Positions 1 through 13,060 of a stretch of DNA of 64,000 bases are shown in pieces. Origin of the DNA: Psammoneis japonica (Eukaryota); NCBI GenBank assembly GCA_008632985.1, contig QPGO01000132.1, forward strand, positions 124,001 through 188,000, written 5' to 3'. A program made the position numbers and the translations under genes. Numbering within the stretch: the stretch's first letter is position 1; each line of letters starts with the position of its first letter. The notes under the pieces were generated by a model. The model was not told the DNA's origin, searched no databases, and saw only the letters and a list, made by a program, of their open reading frames with translations.

Positions 1-339
1 TGCGCCCTCCTCAAGGAAGCTGCCATTCGCTTTTTCGTGGCCCACAGTGAAAATTTGATGCAGTCGAACGCATTCAAGTCTCTCGATTCTCCCGACTTGC
101 TCCGCGAGATCATGACGGCCATGGTTCACCCCCGGGCTTTGGACCAACAAGAAACGGCCAATGATGTGGATAGCATGAGCGTTGCTACCATGCGTGGCAA
201 GCTCGAGAAAATGGGACTCGACGTGGAAGGTTCTCGGGAAACTCTGGTGAAGAGTCTCAAAGCGGTTGCTGCTGTTGAGGGCTCCAACGAGGGTTCGCAA
301 GGATCGGAGGAGCTATCCAACAATGGTGGAGCTGAGTAG
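1..339 (+). CDS. 3' part of a BTB/POZ(BACK-like)-domain protein with C-terminal SAP-like helix pair (5' end outside window)
   Basis: Frame 1 is open from base 1: CALLKEAAIRFFVAHSENLM...LLREIM then MSVATMRGKLEKMGLDVEGSRETLVKSL, the typical tail of diatom BTB proteins; TAG at 337-339. Confidence 0.65.
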   Translation, partial: CALLKEAAIRFFVAHSENLMQSNAFKSLDSPDLLREIMTAMVHPRALDQQETANDVDSMSVATMRGKLEKMGLDVEGSRETLVKSLKAVAAVEGSNEGSQGSEELSNNGGAE

Positions 340-811
340 GAGTATGTTCTAACAGGGGGAGATTTGATACGTATGAAAAGGATGGAGTTCGCTTGCTTCT
401 TTCATCTGCACCGAGTTGGACACGGGAGCATCTTGATGTTTATTGTACACCGCAGCTTCTTTTGGACGCGGCTGGTTTATACAAAGTAGGGTACTAGAGT
501 ACCACATAGAAGTAAAATATGAATAGACCATCATCCTATTGTGACTTGTGTGCAAACAAACAGTTGGTGATTTAGCGAATCATCTCAACGTGGAACAGCC
601 TAAGGGATACATACCCTCCTTCTCTAACGAGAGACTAGATTACAACTTTAGGCAGACGCTAATAAGGAGACTATTTATAACCAATAGGCGATGAATGCTA
701 TCCCTAAAGAGTGAGAAAGATTGTTCAATAACCGCAACCGTCTACAGTATGTTCAACAGTCCCAAACTGAAGCCCTCATATTTATACCCGCCCTTTCGCA
801 TCCCACCTTTC

Positions 812-1709
812 TTAGGTTGCCTTGACGATGTACGAGAGCTTGGGAAACTCCTTTTCCAAATATGCATTTCCCTGGTTCTGGATTTTGCCTTGATTTGGTT
901 TCTCACCATAGCCGTTAAAGATTTTATCGACCACGTCCATGCCGCTGTAAGAAGAACGAAACAGGAAGTATCTCTTATGAGATCAACTCACAAATACTTG
1001 AAAAGCTAACACCAACATAAACTGTTACTCACCTAACGACTTCCCCAATCGGACTGAAACCTTGTTCATCTAGAAACTTGTTTCCACCCTCTCGTGTACT
1101 AGTATTGATAAACATTTGAGTGGTGCGCGTGTTGGGCCCGGATGTGGCAAACGTGACGGTACCACGCGCGTTGGTTTGTTTGACGGGATCGTCCTTTAAG
1201 TTCTTGTTCCGCCATTCCCGCTGAGTGGCGGGATCGCCATTGATTCCAAACTGCACAATAAAGTTATCCACCACACGAAAGAAACGGCAGCCGTCCCAAA
1301 ATCCTGCGTCCGTAAGCTCTTCAAACCGCTCAACTCCAATGGGTGCCCACTCGGGACGGGTCTCCACGACAAAGGTACCGACGCTGCCCTCGTTGCCATT
1401 GAGATTGGAAATCTCAAACTCAATCATCCTTCCTCCAGAATCAGTCTTACCACCACCATAAGTTGCGTCGCCTCGAACTTGTTTCTTTTGCGTAGACGTT
1501 TTTGTCAGCACGACAACCATCACCACAACTAAACAAAAGGTTCCCAGAATCAACGCTGTCCGTAAGAGGGACCTGCTCTTGTTATTGGGCCGCTTGATGG
1601 ACGTCATTTCCTCTTGGATAAAAATACCGTCCTCCTCTTCTTCTGCTTCTTCCGGTTCTTCTTGCTCGAGCGGTTGCATCGGCGCTGCGGCTGCGGCTGC
1701 TGTGGTCAT
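812..1709 (-). CDS. Cyclophilin-type peptidyl-prolyl isomerase with N-terminal TM anchor; exons 1709-1033, 944-812
   Basis: [33 protein letters not shown] intron 1032-945 restores [13 protein letters not shown]...[12 protein letters not shown]. Confidence 0.9.
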
Positions 1710-2081
1710 TGTCTCGCGGCAGTCGGCCGGCAGACGACAGATTTCAGGATTTCACAATTTCAGAGATAAATGAAAAGCCTTGCGTAGCGCTCTGGAGAGC
1801 TCGCACTTATGAATTTGACTCACTCGATTGAACAAAATAATTGACGTTGAACGTTGCGGCTGGCGCGCTTTTTTCCAACGGCTAGATTTGGATTTTCTGG
1901 TCCTGCTACTTCGACTTCTGACAGCATCATCAATCATCACAAAGCACATGTATTTGTTCGTGCAACCCCCGGCATTGACAGCAAGAACATACAAGCGATT
2001 GATTGAGAGAAGAGATACAAGGCAAAGGTCGTTGTTGTACTGTAGATTGAGGGTGTGAGAACGGAGCGTCCCGAAAACGAG

Positions 2082-4967
2082 ATGATGAACTCGGCGTCGA
2101 CACGTCACAAGAGGCCACAACAGTCACCATCCATTGATATTCAATCCGTCCTTCGTATTCGACCACTCAAAAAGTCGGAAAAAGAGGACCATGTCGTGTT
2201 GGAGCCGTCCAAGTACGAAAAAGTCGCCCTGTTGCATCCCGTGATTCACATGACATCGCCCGAAGCACGCCGACGCAGTTTCGAACAAGACATGTTTATC
2301 AAGGAGGGCGAAGAGCAACAATTTCATTTTGATTCCATTCTGGATTGCAACGCGACTCAAGACAAGCTTCACTATTCCATGGGACTCGGCATGGCCTTGG
2401 ATGCCATGGAGCCGTTAAAACAAGTCGGAACAGCGTCGTCGGCTCGCAATCATTTAGTGGTTGCCATGGGTGTTTGCAACACGGGCAAGACGTATACTAC
2501 GTTTGGAAGTCAAAAGGCACTTGGACGCACCAGTGGCAAGCATGTCGAGGACGGGCTCGTACCACGAATATTCGAGAGTTTCTTTTCCCAGTCGAAACAT
2601 CATATCCGAGACAAGAGTCTATCCTTTGCGGCTCGTATCACCATGGTACATGTGGAAAACGATAAAGCATACGACATGTTGACGGTTGTTCCAGAGAATA
2701 CTAATTCTCAAGCTCCAGGCAGTGCATCCAAGAAACGAGCGGGTGTGCTGGCCATGGTTGCCAATCTGGAGCGTGTCGGAGTTCATACAGAGTCCACGAC
2801 GAAATCGGGTCGAAACGGCATGGAAGAGATTTTGATTGAACAAGATGAAACGACGCATGACTTTGTCTTTGAATCAACCTCCAACATTTGTCGCAGTGTC
2901 GTGGAAGCGCGAGAGACTCTTCATTCCGGGTTGAAGCGTGCGAGTGCCGGACTGATTGGCGGACTAGTGGGAAAGAATGCAAAAGGTCACACGCTCGTTA
3001 CGATACAACCCGTTCTAGTGCAACGCAATGGTACTATAAAGCATCGGGGTGGTACAGTGTCTGTATTGGATATGGCAGGCATTGAGCGTGTCAAAAAGAA
3101 CCGATCAGGTACGATGCGGGATGGGATTGCTGTCAACTCGGCGGTTTCTGCCGTGATGCATTGTCTACGAACCATCAAGCACAACAGTGACGTTCTTTCG
3201 GGTACGTCGTCACTGGGTATCGCTTGTCAAGACGACGAATCATTAGATGGGAGCGATATTTCTAATGTATCCGAGATTAAAGAGAAAAAGCTTCATCAAA
3301 ATCTTAAAAAGGTTCCTTACCTTCAGAGCAAAGTCACGATGCTACTTCAACCGGTTCTTGCGGCAAGTGAGGATCAAGCCAGTGTCACTTTGATTCTCGC
3401 CGCTTACCCTGGTCATCGTGATTATGGAGAAAAGAAATCCTTGCTGAGTGACTTTGAAATGCTACGTGGTGCAGAACTTGCAATGAATGGTACCTCCAAA
3501 ACATCAACACCGGGCAATACCAAGCACAGAAGCAAGAGAAACTCATCGTCGACCAAGAAACTAGTAAAAGCAAACACTGGAACTGAGCCGACTCTCGATT
3601 TATCCGACGTTGAAGACAGTGAGGATGAAGCACCGCCGTCAAACCGTAAAAAGAGAAAACAAGACCGAGCAACTCCGTACAAGGTGGCAACGGCGACGAA
3701 GCTTCCATCCACGTTGCATTCAGTCAGAGGCTCAAGGGCCGTACGAACGACAAACCCAACCGCGCCTACGGCATCGGTGCTTGGTGTCCATGATTTAACC
3801 CCAATGCCGCCACCCTGCGCTCCTCATTACGAAAGCAGCGAGCCATCTATCAAGCCACTACAGCCACAATCAATGTATGCATCTGACATACCCATGACGT
3901 ACTCATCATCGTCTGGCTCGCAGGGAGCTAGTTCTCCAAACACTGGCGTTGAGTCCCCGAGCCCGACCAAGACGTCCAAAGTAGAAGCCGTGTCTTTTTC
4001 GCAAATTCCAGAAGCACACAAATTTGCTATTCCGGTCGCCACTGCGGTACCTGTCGCCCCGGCATCGACTTCCCGGCAAGGAATGCCAACTTCACATGCG
4101 AGTGTGTCAAAGTCACCAAACATTCGAGCTCCTCCCACGACTACAACTTCGCCAATGGTTGAGAACAATACGACTAATGTTTCGCTACCAGAAAAGAAGC
4201 GAATCAAGGACAAAAGTCCAATCAAAGCCATCAACAAAGCCGTGCATGCTTCAAAGAAAAAGGGGCAGAGAGCTATGCAAAAGATGGAGGATATGGTATC
4301 CCAGCCCTTCGTCGATGCAAAGCCTCATACCGTCAAGTCTGAGACAAAACGCAACCGTCCCCAGAATGACAACAGGCAAGGCAAGCTCGACGATAAGGAG
4401 TCAAAGAAGGTGCTATTGAACCACATTAAGAAGCTCGAGAAGCAAAATGCAAAACTTAGCGAGCAAAACGTGATGCTAGAAACAAAGTGTGAAACCTTAA
4501 CGATGGAAAAAGAGAAGCTATCTGCGTTGCTCCGGGAAGCACGGAGGCACAAGCGACAGACAGATTGGACCGCGCTCGACGAGGAAGAATTTCACAACTC
4601 TCGTAGACTGCGCCTTCAGCATCAACAGCTAATTCGGAGTCCACTTCGTCAGCACCTTGAGAACGTGGATGCAACCGATAAGATTCACAGCACGTGGCTT
4701 AAAAGCGGAAAGGAACACTTTTCACTACAGTTTCCATCTCACTTTGTCCGTGCCCCCGATTTGGACCGCCGCGACAGAGCGCTGGAAGTGAAAGATACGA
4801 AAGACCCTGCGAATGCGACGAAAGCCCTTAGTGTATCGACAAACGAAGGTAGTGAGCCCGCAAGACGTGCCCATCCAAACACGAGCCTCGAGAAGCGAAA
4901 GGTTTTCGAAGACTTCCAGTCTGTTGTGAAGGAGAACAAAAAGATTCGGTTTGACCTCCAAGACTAA
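2082..4967 (+). CDS. Divergent N-terminal-motor kinesin with long disordered linker and C-terminal coiled coil
   Basis: VLRIRPL, P-loop GVCNTGKTYT, switch II DMAGIER, KVPYLQSKVTMLLQ; single exon. Confidence 0.85.
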   Translation: MMNSASTRHKRPQQSPSIDIQSVLRIRPLKKSEKEDHVVLEPSKYEKVALLHPVIHMTSPEARRRSFEQDMFIKEGEEQQFHFDSILDCNATQDKLHYSMGLGMALDAMEPLKQVGTASSARNHLVVAMGVCNTGKTYTTFGSQKALGRTSGKHVEDGLVPRIFESFFSQSKHHIRDKSLSFAARITMVHVENDKAYDMLTVVPENTNSQAPGSASKKRAGVLAMVANLERVGVHTESTTKSGRNGMEEILIEQDETTHDFVFESTSNICRSVVEARETLHSGLKRASAGLIGGLVGKNAKGHTLVTIQPVLVQRNGTIKHRGGTVSVLDMAGIERVKKNRSGTMRDGIAVNSAVSAVMHCLRTIKHNSDVLSGTSSLGIACQDDESLDGSDISNVSEIKEKKLHQNLKKVPYLQSKVTMLLQPVLAASEDQASVTLILAAYPGHRDYGEKKSLLSDFEMLRGAELAMNGTSKTSTPGNTKHRSKRNSSSTKKLVKANTGTEPTLDLSDVEDSEDEAPPSNRKKRKQDRATPYKVATATKLPSTLHSVRGSRAVRTTNPTAPTASVLGVHDLTPMPPPCAPHYESSEPSIKPLQPQSMYASDIPMTYSSSSGSQGASSPNTGVESPSPTKTSKVEAVSFSQIPEAHKFAIPVATAVPVAPASTSRQGMPTSHASVSKSPNIRAPPTTTTSPMVENNTTNVSLPEKKRIKDKSPIKAINKAVHASKKKGQRAMQKMEDMVSQPFVDAKPHTVKSETKRNRPQNDNRQGKLDDKESKKVLLNHIKKLEKQNAKLSEQNVMLETKCETLTMEKEKLSALLREARRHKRQTDWTALDEEEFHNSRRLRLQHQQLIRSPLRQHLENVDATDKIHSTWLKSGKEHFSLQFPSHFVRAPDLDRRDRALEVKDTKDPANATKALSVSTNEGSEPARRAHPNTSLEKRKVFEDFQSVVKENKKIRFDLQD

Positions 4968-5060
4968 GAAAGTCCAGCTGCGCTAGTACGGTACGGTAGT
5001 TCTCAAGCTCGCGGGCAAACAAAGACACCCATTTAAAAAAAAATTAGCTCAACATCATCG

Positions 5061-8000
5061 CTATGCCCACCTACCCTTACCAAGAGGTGGAATATACTCT
5101 ACGTACTCGACTTTCATACCCACGCTTGCAAGTCTCGCACTTCGACGCATGTACTGTTGAGGATTTAAGATGCTCTCTGGGCATTCATCACACCTGGGAC
5201 ATATCCAATCTCCCAGAGGTATCGATTCAAGCGGCGGCGACAGGCAATCTATATGGTATGGCCTTGCGCAACCATCGCACACAAGAAGCTCTCCCCCATC
5301 ATTACAGACACAACAATAATCTGAGTCTTTCTTGATGAATTCCTTCATATCCTTGTATTCGGGTGACTGCTTATAATCCGAATAGTAGTGTTCGAGACAA
5401 GCTCCAACGGACTTTTCCATTCGTGATGCAATAACCCGAAAGTCCTTCTTAGTCTCCACAATGAGCCTTTCAAACATGGCACTTTCATCCCGAGTAAACT
5501 TTTCTGTAATTCTGTTGCTCGACCGAAATTGAACAAACTCGGACACGGCAGCCGGGATTGAGTAGTTCGCCTTGTGGAGAAAGTCGAGCATTCGCATTCG
5601 CTGGGAGGGCAGGCACTTCTCCATAAATTCGACAATGTCTTCACGACACCCTAGATTTGGATCCCAGACTTGATCATAGCTACAAGACAATAGTGGAACA
5701 GTAGTTCTAATGTGAGACCCGGTCACGTGAATGAGAGAAATGAGAGACCCGGTCACGTGAATGAGAGAAATGAAGCACCACCCGTAACCGCCAACTTACC
5801 CAGGCTGAAGTTCATCATGCGGGATATTCTCTTGGTCCCAGTCTTTGCAAGAGGGGATCTCGCTCACCTGATAATCCTCTCCCACATTGCTCTTGGTGGT
5901 CGATGTAACAGGTGAATCGAGCGAAAAAAGACTCGTTCCATCACGGCGAGAACTAACGCGACGGCTGCGTCTCGGCGGGGTGGACGGCGAGTACTTCTCT
6001 GTTTTCGGATCAAAAGACGGCGCAACGACTCGGACGTAACGCGCTGACTCCCCAGCGTCACCCTTTAACGAAGCCTCGGTGACAACCACAACAGCGTCCT
6101 CGACGGCTCCCGGCCACTTGACAAATATTTTGTCTCCCGCTTGTAAATTTGGTGGCAGCGCTATGCAACACGAACGCTCTTCACTCGACTCGATATCTTC
6201 AGGCGGTTCTCCATTCACGGCTTCTTTTTTCTTCGCACGTTTTCTACCTCTGGCGGAACCGCGCGCGACTTGCTTGTTGCTAATTTGATTCGAAGAAGTG
6301 CCGTTCTCAGACCTGTGGTCAATCGTTAGGTCAACATGATTGCGCGGGTGCGAATGGCCTTTGGATTTGCCGACCTCAGCTTGAACGAGAGATGGTGGTG
6401 ACTGCAATCCATTCAGATTCATCGGCTGAAAGAAAGGCATTCGAGCATCATTAGATATCTGCGATGCGAACGCGGCTGGATTGTAGGGAGGCATCTGGTA
6501 AGCTGTTTCAGATGGCTGGTGTCGTTGAATAGGCGATAGCGGACACATTGGTCCATCACCTGGGAAAGTCCCAGCAGAAGCAGCACTGGTCTGCAAATTC
6601 TCAGAAAAAGGTGTCTTGCCCCCAAGCTGCGAATCAACCACCATTCGTCTTCTGACCTTGAAGACTACCGACTCTCCTTTTCTTTCAACCCCTGTGGCTT
6701 TAATCATATCGATAACAGTCGACAGTTCGAAACCTTCCACACTTGTTCCGTCAACACCAATGATTTCATCTCCTATGGTAAAGAGACCCGACCTTTCTGC
6801 TGGTAAAGGGCATTTGTGGTCTTTGTTGTGAAAAAGAGAAGAAAATATATAGATTAGGCCATAAAACTGTTGAAGATTTTGAGCTACGCGATATCAACTT
6901 TCTCACCTTGTTTGGCAGAAAACCCGCAAACGACAATGCCACCATTCGTTTCATTCAGGGTAAGACCAAATCCAAAAGACGGATGCGGAGTAATCGGAGC
7001 GTCAAAGCATTCGATCCCATCGTCCTTTGGTGATGTGTTGGATTTGCTAGTACCGTTGAGGCCATCGCCAGCGTCCGAGACAGTAACAGCTCTTGCCACC
7101 TTAGCCGAAGTACCATTTGAAACAAGGCTGTCGCGATTCTTGGTTACCTGCTTATCTGCTTGATTGGAAGTCTCATTCTTGTTGTCGTCAACAACCCGTG
7201 GGCTATTAGCCGTCTCGACGACAGCACTGGCTTTTGTTGCAAGGCTTTTAGGGTCAGTTGTCTCTGCGCCCTTGGCTTTGTTGGTTCTTGTGGTCGTCGA
7301 AACAGCAGCACTGGCTTGCGTTGTCCCCGATGGAGGGCGACTTATCTTCTCTGCGGCCTTGGCTTCACTGGCGTTGAAATCATTGGAGGGAGGCTGGCGA
7401 GATGGGCGTCTCAACTTCAGACGCACCGATTCCCCATCTTTTTTGGATTTTGCGGCGTTACTGATTACTCCCGCAATTTGTTTCAACGTGAGTCCCGCCT
7501 CCAGACTTTGTCCTTCCACGCCGATGACTTCATCTCCGATACTAATAAGGCCCAATAGCTCCGAGGGAAGCGGCTCGTTTGTGTCTGAAAGGTGGACGCA
7601 AGAGGCAATACCATACACCATATTATGAGACGGGAAAATTGCTGCAACACCCAGCTGAGAATATGTTTTTACTTACCCGGGTGCTTCCTGAAGCCCTTAA
7701 TATAGCATTTCTGTGTCTTTGAACCTCCCGCCATGTTAAGACCAAGCCCGACACCTGGATATGGGACAATACGAGCTGTGTACTCATAGCTACCAGTTGC
7801 TGTTTGCTGAGAAGTTTCTCCATCTTGACTGTTTTCCGGTTCAGCAACAGAAGGAGGTTTGGCTGCCTTTTTGTTCAGCTCTGTTTCTTGTACCTTATCT
7901 CTTCCAGAATACTGAGGCATCACAGATATCTCCTTCAGTAGACTTTCGCCCCTTTTGGCGCTATTATTCTCAGCGTTATCTGTTCTCAGCGGAGGATCAG

Positions 8001-8493
8001 AAACGGACGAACCTGAACTGGAATCGACGTTGTTTCTTTTCTGGACATGGTCGAGCTCCGAATTGATGGTAGCTTTACTGGAAGAAGAAGGCGAACGCCG
8101 AAGTCGCTTTCGAAACAAATCGTCCAAGCTACTCTCACTCGAGGAACGCTTTCGCGACGAGACATCGAGAGCATTCTCCTCGTCTGATGACATTAAATTG
8201 ATAACTTCATTCACAACCAGTTGGCTCGTTTCATCGGCCGTGGTGCTGAATTCACTACTATCTGACGCAAGATCTATTTCAACGGTCACTTTTTCTTTCT
8301 GCGTATGCTCGTGTCTCGTGTCGTTCCCAGACTCTGACCCTTCAGATGAGGAGGGATAGGACATTTCCTCCTCTTCCGGTACAACCTCCACCAGAGCTGG
8401 ACTTACCTCCTCCTCGTCTACTATTGAGACACGCACTAAGGAAGAGTTGTCTAACGATGGCGACTTATTGCGGATTAAGCTAATACTCCCCAT
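5061..8493 (-). CDS. Chromatin protein with two PDZ-like domains, ELM2-SANT and PHD finger; exons 8493-7677, 7584-6907, 6820-5800, 5679-5061
   Basis: [16 protein letters not shown] and [16 protein letters not shown] (PDZ); [12 protein letters not shown] (ELM2); [24 protein letters not shown] (SANT); [42 protein letters not shown] (PHD). Three GT-AG introns keep frame; start codon uncertain. Confidence 0.8.
5713..5772. repeat. 30-bp tandem duplication inside an intron
   Basis: gagacccggtcacgtgaatgagagaaat(ga) present twice at 30-bp spacing within intron 5680-5799. Confidence 0.9.
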
Positions 8494-8649
8494 GAACACA
8501 AGACCGGCTTTACAATTGCCGGGTATATGGCATTGTTTTGCCGGTGCGTTATGTTTTCACGCTCTCGGTGCTTGCCGCCTGTGTACGATTTGGTACAAAT
8601 TCTACGTGATTTGTGCTGTGCCGCGCCAATTTCGAAGGTTTTGTGAAGG

Positions 8650-9825
8650 TCGAGCTCGATTTTTGCTGCCGTGTGTGTGCTCGACCATTCGCACAACGAG
8701 TTCGTGGTGCCTGCAGCAACGATTGTCTCAAACAAAAAGATGTGTTAATCCAAACCTCTGCTAACAAACACAAGGGAGAACAGACAGTTTGCAACAAACG
8801 CAAACAGAGCACATCAAGGGCTGGGAGTGAGATGCAGTTGACACCCTCTGCTTTTCGCCAAGAACCTTTCTTCGGCCAGCCCGATGGCGGGGCTGGAAAG
8901 CGCTGCAGACTCGCCCTTTCTCAGCTTTGAAATGAGTTGCCATTGCCTCCAAGATTAAAAGCGCTTTTGTTGTTTTCTGTTGGAGTTGATCTCAACTCAT
9001 CATGGGGCCTCACCTTTGCAAAACACAAGCCAGGAGTTTTGCAGCTCTTCTTCCAGAAGTTTGATCTCTTTTGTGCTCATGACCTGATGGCTCCACTGTG
9101 GAATTCTACACAACAGTGACGCGCTCGAAAAAATTCTGAGGTGGCCAACGAGGTGGTGTCAGAATTCTGGTGTCAACCAAAGCCAGAGCGTCACCACTTT
9201 TGGCATCAACAAAGGGACGCGTCATTTTTAACCCACAACAACTGAGGACCACTTTTCCCTGGCTGGCCAAAAGCCCGGAACAACGTTCCAACTCTGAGGG
9301 TGCAGCGAAACCTCCTCAACACTTTCAGCACATTTGGTTGTCACCATGTGCTGTTGCATTGAGCTTGTGAGAGCAGCTGAGCGTCCAAAGAGTGGGCGGA
9401 TTATCAGGTTCTAAAGCTTTGAAAAATTGCAGGAAACCTTGAGAAATTAGTTGAAAAACTGAATTTTGTGAAGGGGAGGCCACAGCCAGAAGAGCGCCAG
9501 TACGAAAGCAGTGAGTTTCCCACTTGTTTTACTGCACGCAAATTCGGTTCACATTAACTAGTTTGTAGCTAGTGAACATTCAATTTCTCTCGCATGACAG
9601 TCCACAATGTTGCATCACTGAAAGAGTCATTTGCAGTGTGAAATGTCCCAGTAATTTGAGCAACTCGAAATTCCATGGTGTGAGCCGATTTTGTTGTTTA
9701 GTGACACTGCCACTAATGCAGGAACAACCAAGTGGCAGAAGCACGTTTGCACGCATAACTGACATCATGGACAACATCCCAAAAGCCTCCTCTCCCAGTT
9801 TTGCAGCTGCACAAATAAACATTTA
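8650..9825. mobile_element. TpA-depleted degenerate repeat/transposon relic
   Basis: Nearly all remaining TA are in YTA or TAR contexts (gttaat, gctaac, tctac, tctaa; one gtac at ~9500); no recognisable protein. Confidence 0.45.
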
Positions 9826-9855
9826 GAGTAGTATCGAATGATGGCTTGCTCATAT

Positions 9856-11022
9856 TCAGTATGTTCCGAGCCCAAATGCATCTTCAATGTCGCGGTCTTC
9901 ATCCGTGTCATCATAATCATCTTCTTCTGCATCTTCATATGCAGCCCACATTGCGGCTTCCTCTTCTGAGATGTCATATGGGTCCGGCTCTGGGGCTGAA
10001 ACCTCCTGCGCAACCTCATTTTCTTCTAGAGCTATTTTGTCCTCGCCCTTCAATTTTGCTTTTCTTTCTTCCATTTGTTCCTTTGCAGCTTCCTCTTTAA
10101 CATCAGACGTAAAATCCAGAGCTAATCTTTTTCGTTCATTGCTGAGCACAGCAACTCGTATCTTCGCTCCACTTTCGAGCCCGGCTTCCTCCAAACCGTT
10201 TTTCTTGTCAATGTACCTTCCATACAAATCTGCCACTTTCGAAATATGCAGAAGTCCATTGCGGTTTGCACCCACATCTACAAAAACACCAAAAGGAAGT
10301 ACTTTCACGACAGTTCCCACGAGTTCCTGCTGAGGTTTCAAGGACGAAGCCGAGATTACTTTCTTTTGCATTTTTTGATAAAGCTCCACATCCTCCAAGG
10401 ATGTACAAACCTCAAATTGACAGCTATCAGCAAGAACACGTGACACATAAAGTTGCACCGGCGCATTCTTTTTGAGTTTCAACGCCTTTTTGCGCACCAC
10501 CGAGGGTTTGGTTCCCTTCTTCAGAAACCGGAGCATTCCGTTGACAATTTGCCAATCGCCGTTGGAGTCTATTCTACCTACTCCACAATCAAAGAATACT
10601 TGAGACAAAAGAAAAAGTTAGTTCAGAGAGAAATATGGATTCAGGACGTGCTCAACGGGAACACACACTGCTTGTGTAATGTGATTCTTACGTTTCGGCC
10701 CAGTCTTGGCGGCAAGCAATTCTTGAACGACGACCCCATTCAAGGTTTGTCCTACTTTCAGGTCCAATATGTTCAGTCGTTGTTTCCATCCTCCTTCGGG
10801 CGATCGGTAAAAACAAGGTTTTGTACCATCCTCTAAAGAATCATCAGTAGCAGACACTTCGTCGTGCGCAAAAACGTGCTGGCGCATCGTTTCATGAGAA
10901 GAACCCATCTGTTGGCATGCCGACGGCTGTAATGCTTCTGCAAGACATGGAAGCACCACAACAATCAAGCAAACAAAAAAGTGGAAGCGTCGCCTTAGTA
11001 ACATCATGACGACACCACTCAT
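9856..11022 (-). CDS. S1 RNA-binding domain protein with signal peptide, possibly plastid-targeted; exons 11022-10692, 10598-9856
   Basis: LVGTVVKVLPFGVFVDVGANRNGLLHISKV (S1); hydrophobic N-terminus ending AEA-LQPS; intron restores GPKLFFDCGVGR. Confidence 0.8.
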
Positions 11023-12599
11023 TCTTATTTTAGTGTAAGTACAGCAGTCCCGCACCATTGGGCATCGGATGCAACAAAACAAAGAAAAGCAAACGAAAGG
11101 CGGGCAATTTTTCACCTGGTGTGGGCAGAGCGTTTTGATTGACTCGACTCGAGCGAAGCGAGACTCGTCGTCAACACGCCAAAGCAACCCGGATGTTAAA
11201 GTGTTGGAAGGAACACAAAACAGCATCAATGACCATGGGCGGAACCGGCAGTGGTGGCAGCAGAAAGGGCTCTGGCAGAAGAGTGGCCCACATCAAAGGA
11301 CAAGGAATTCTATTGGGCCCAAGTGTGATGCCAAAGAAGAGCTGGCATGAAAGCCAAATGCCTGGCTGGCCTTGGCCATTGTGTGGAAGCACACTCCAGA
11401 CAAGAAAGCAAGCATCAGAAAGCAGTCATGGCAGAGCAGCAAGTGGCCAGAGCAAGGGAAAGGCAAGAGGCTTTAGAGCAAGAATTGATTGACAAGCAAA
11501 AAAGAGATGAGGAAAAACAAACTCAGCAGGCCTTGGAAAATCTCAAGGCAGCTGTGCAAAAGAGCATTTGTGTGAGGGGACCAAAAACAGAGGAAGGGCA
11601 CAGTCAGGCAAAACAGGATGTTTCCAGAACAAGCAAGATGCAGAGAGCATTTCCAATCAAGGCAAAAAGCAAAAGCACACTCAAGCTTCAACAGCAGCAG
11701 TCCAAACAGCGGTGCAGTCGCAGCTCCTCGCAGCCAACCCTGCAGCAGAACAGTGGTCACAACAACAGAAGTCCAAATGGCGCCAGCAGCCACAATGATG
11801 GCAGTTGCAACAATCACAGTTTCCACAATGTTGGTTGTCACAGTGGCAGTTGCAATGGCAGTGGCTGCAGCGGCAGCAGTTGCAGTGCAGTCCGAGTGGC
11901 AGCAGCCGCAATGGCGCCAGTGGCAAACGGCAGCAGTCACAACAGCAGCGGTTGAAATTGCAGCAGTCACAACAGCGGCAATTTCAATGGCAGAAGTTGC
12001 AATGGCAGCAGTCAAAATGGCAGTGGTGGTGGCAGTCATGATGCCAAGAGCAGTCAACCCACATGCGCCAGCCAGCTTTTGAGGTCAGCGTGCAGCCCCC
12101 CTGCTGCGGCCGAGATTTTGTGCCCACAGCATTGAAAGACACTCCCTTCCTTGGAAGTGTCAATCAATGTCTCACCAGGGAGCAACCCTTTTTGGCTCCA
12201 CTTGGCTGTCTTGATGTTCAGAGGTGGGGGGGGCCAAGCCACACAAACATCTTTGCAAGAAGAAGTTGCGCCTGGGTGCCGGCCGCTGCAGCCAATGAGC
12301 AACATCCCATGCAGCCACTCAAATGTTCAGAGGCAAAAGCAACCTCATTTGCCAGCTGTTCCCAGACTTTTCCAAAAGTGGCAGATTGCAGATTGACACA
12401 ACGAATGCTCCATGCCCTTGAGTCGCCCCTTGTCTCCCCTCTTGACATGCTCCAGCCTCGCACGAACCAAGGCGTGTGAACAAAAATGACACTTGTGTGA
12501 AAAATCTTCATTGTCTGAACAACAAATTCTGCACTCTTCAATCTGTCAAGAATGAGCAAATTGAAACATCACAGTTTTGTGAAAAGAGCCTGAACATCA

Positions 12600-12925
12600 G
12601 CAAAAAATCTCAGAAGGAATGTTTGTCAATTTTCGGGCTCTTTCTCTCTCACCTCTCTTTTTTCTCATGTGTGCGCACTTTTCTGAGTGCAATGAAGCAT
12701 GTCATGTGTCAGCATTGTTGGTGGGAAAAGTTTGGTGGCAAAGCAACATCAGCTGTTCAAGTTGTGAGATTCCAGATTGTGGATGACAACAAAATCACAG
12801 AAGGAGTTTTCGCTCATTTTTGGACTTTGTCCAACCTGTCTCTTTTCATGGATGTGCTGCTTGTCAGAGCAAAATGTGGCATGCAATGCATTGGCATTGG
12901 AAAAGGTTTGGTGGCACAATCTAGC
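12600..12925. repeat. Degenerate ~190-bp direct duplication (subterminal-repeat-like)
   Basis: aaaatctcagaaggaatg...tctcatg...aaagtttggtggca (~12603-12740) versus aaaatcacagaaggagtt...ttttcatg...aaggtttggtggca (~12791-12916). Confidence 0.5.
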
Positions 12926-13060
12926 ATTGGCTGTTGCTGCCATCATGTGGTCTTTTTCCTGTGTTGTTTTGAGCGAGAGCTTCACGTTCGTTCGTTCTTC
13001 ATTTCACAGGTGCTTCACTCGTCTGGATGTCGTGCATCTGAATTCACTGCACTGACAACA

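Noticed and set aside
11230..12480. MGGxGSGG.R.GSGR start, gca/gtg low-complexity tract and WGGP..AWVP segment as a specific transposon family
   Set aside because: Probably a TE ORF relic, but too degraded to assign a family from sequence alone.
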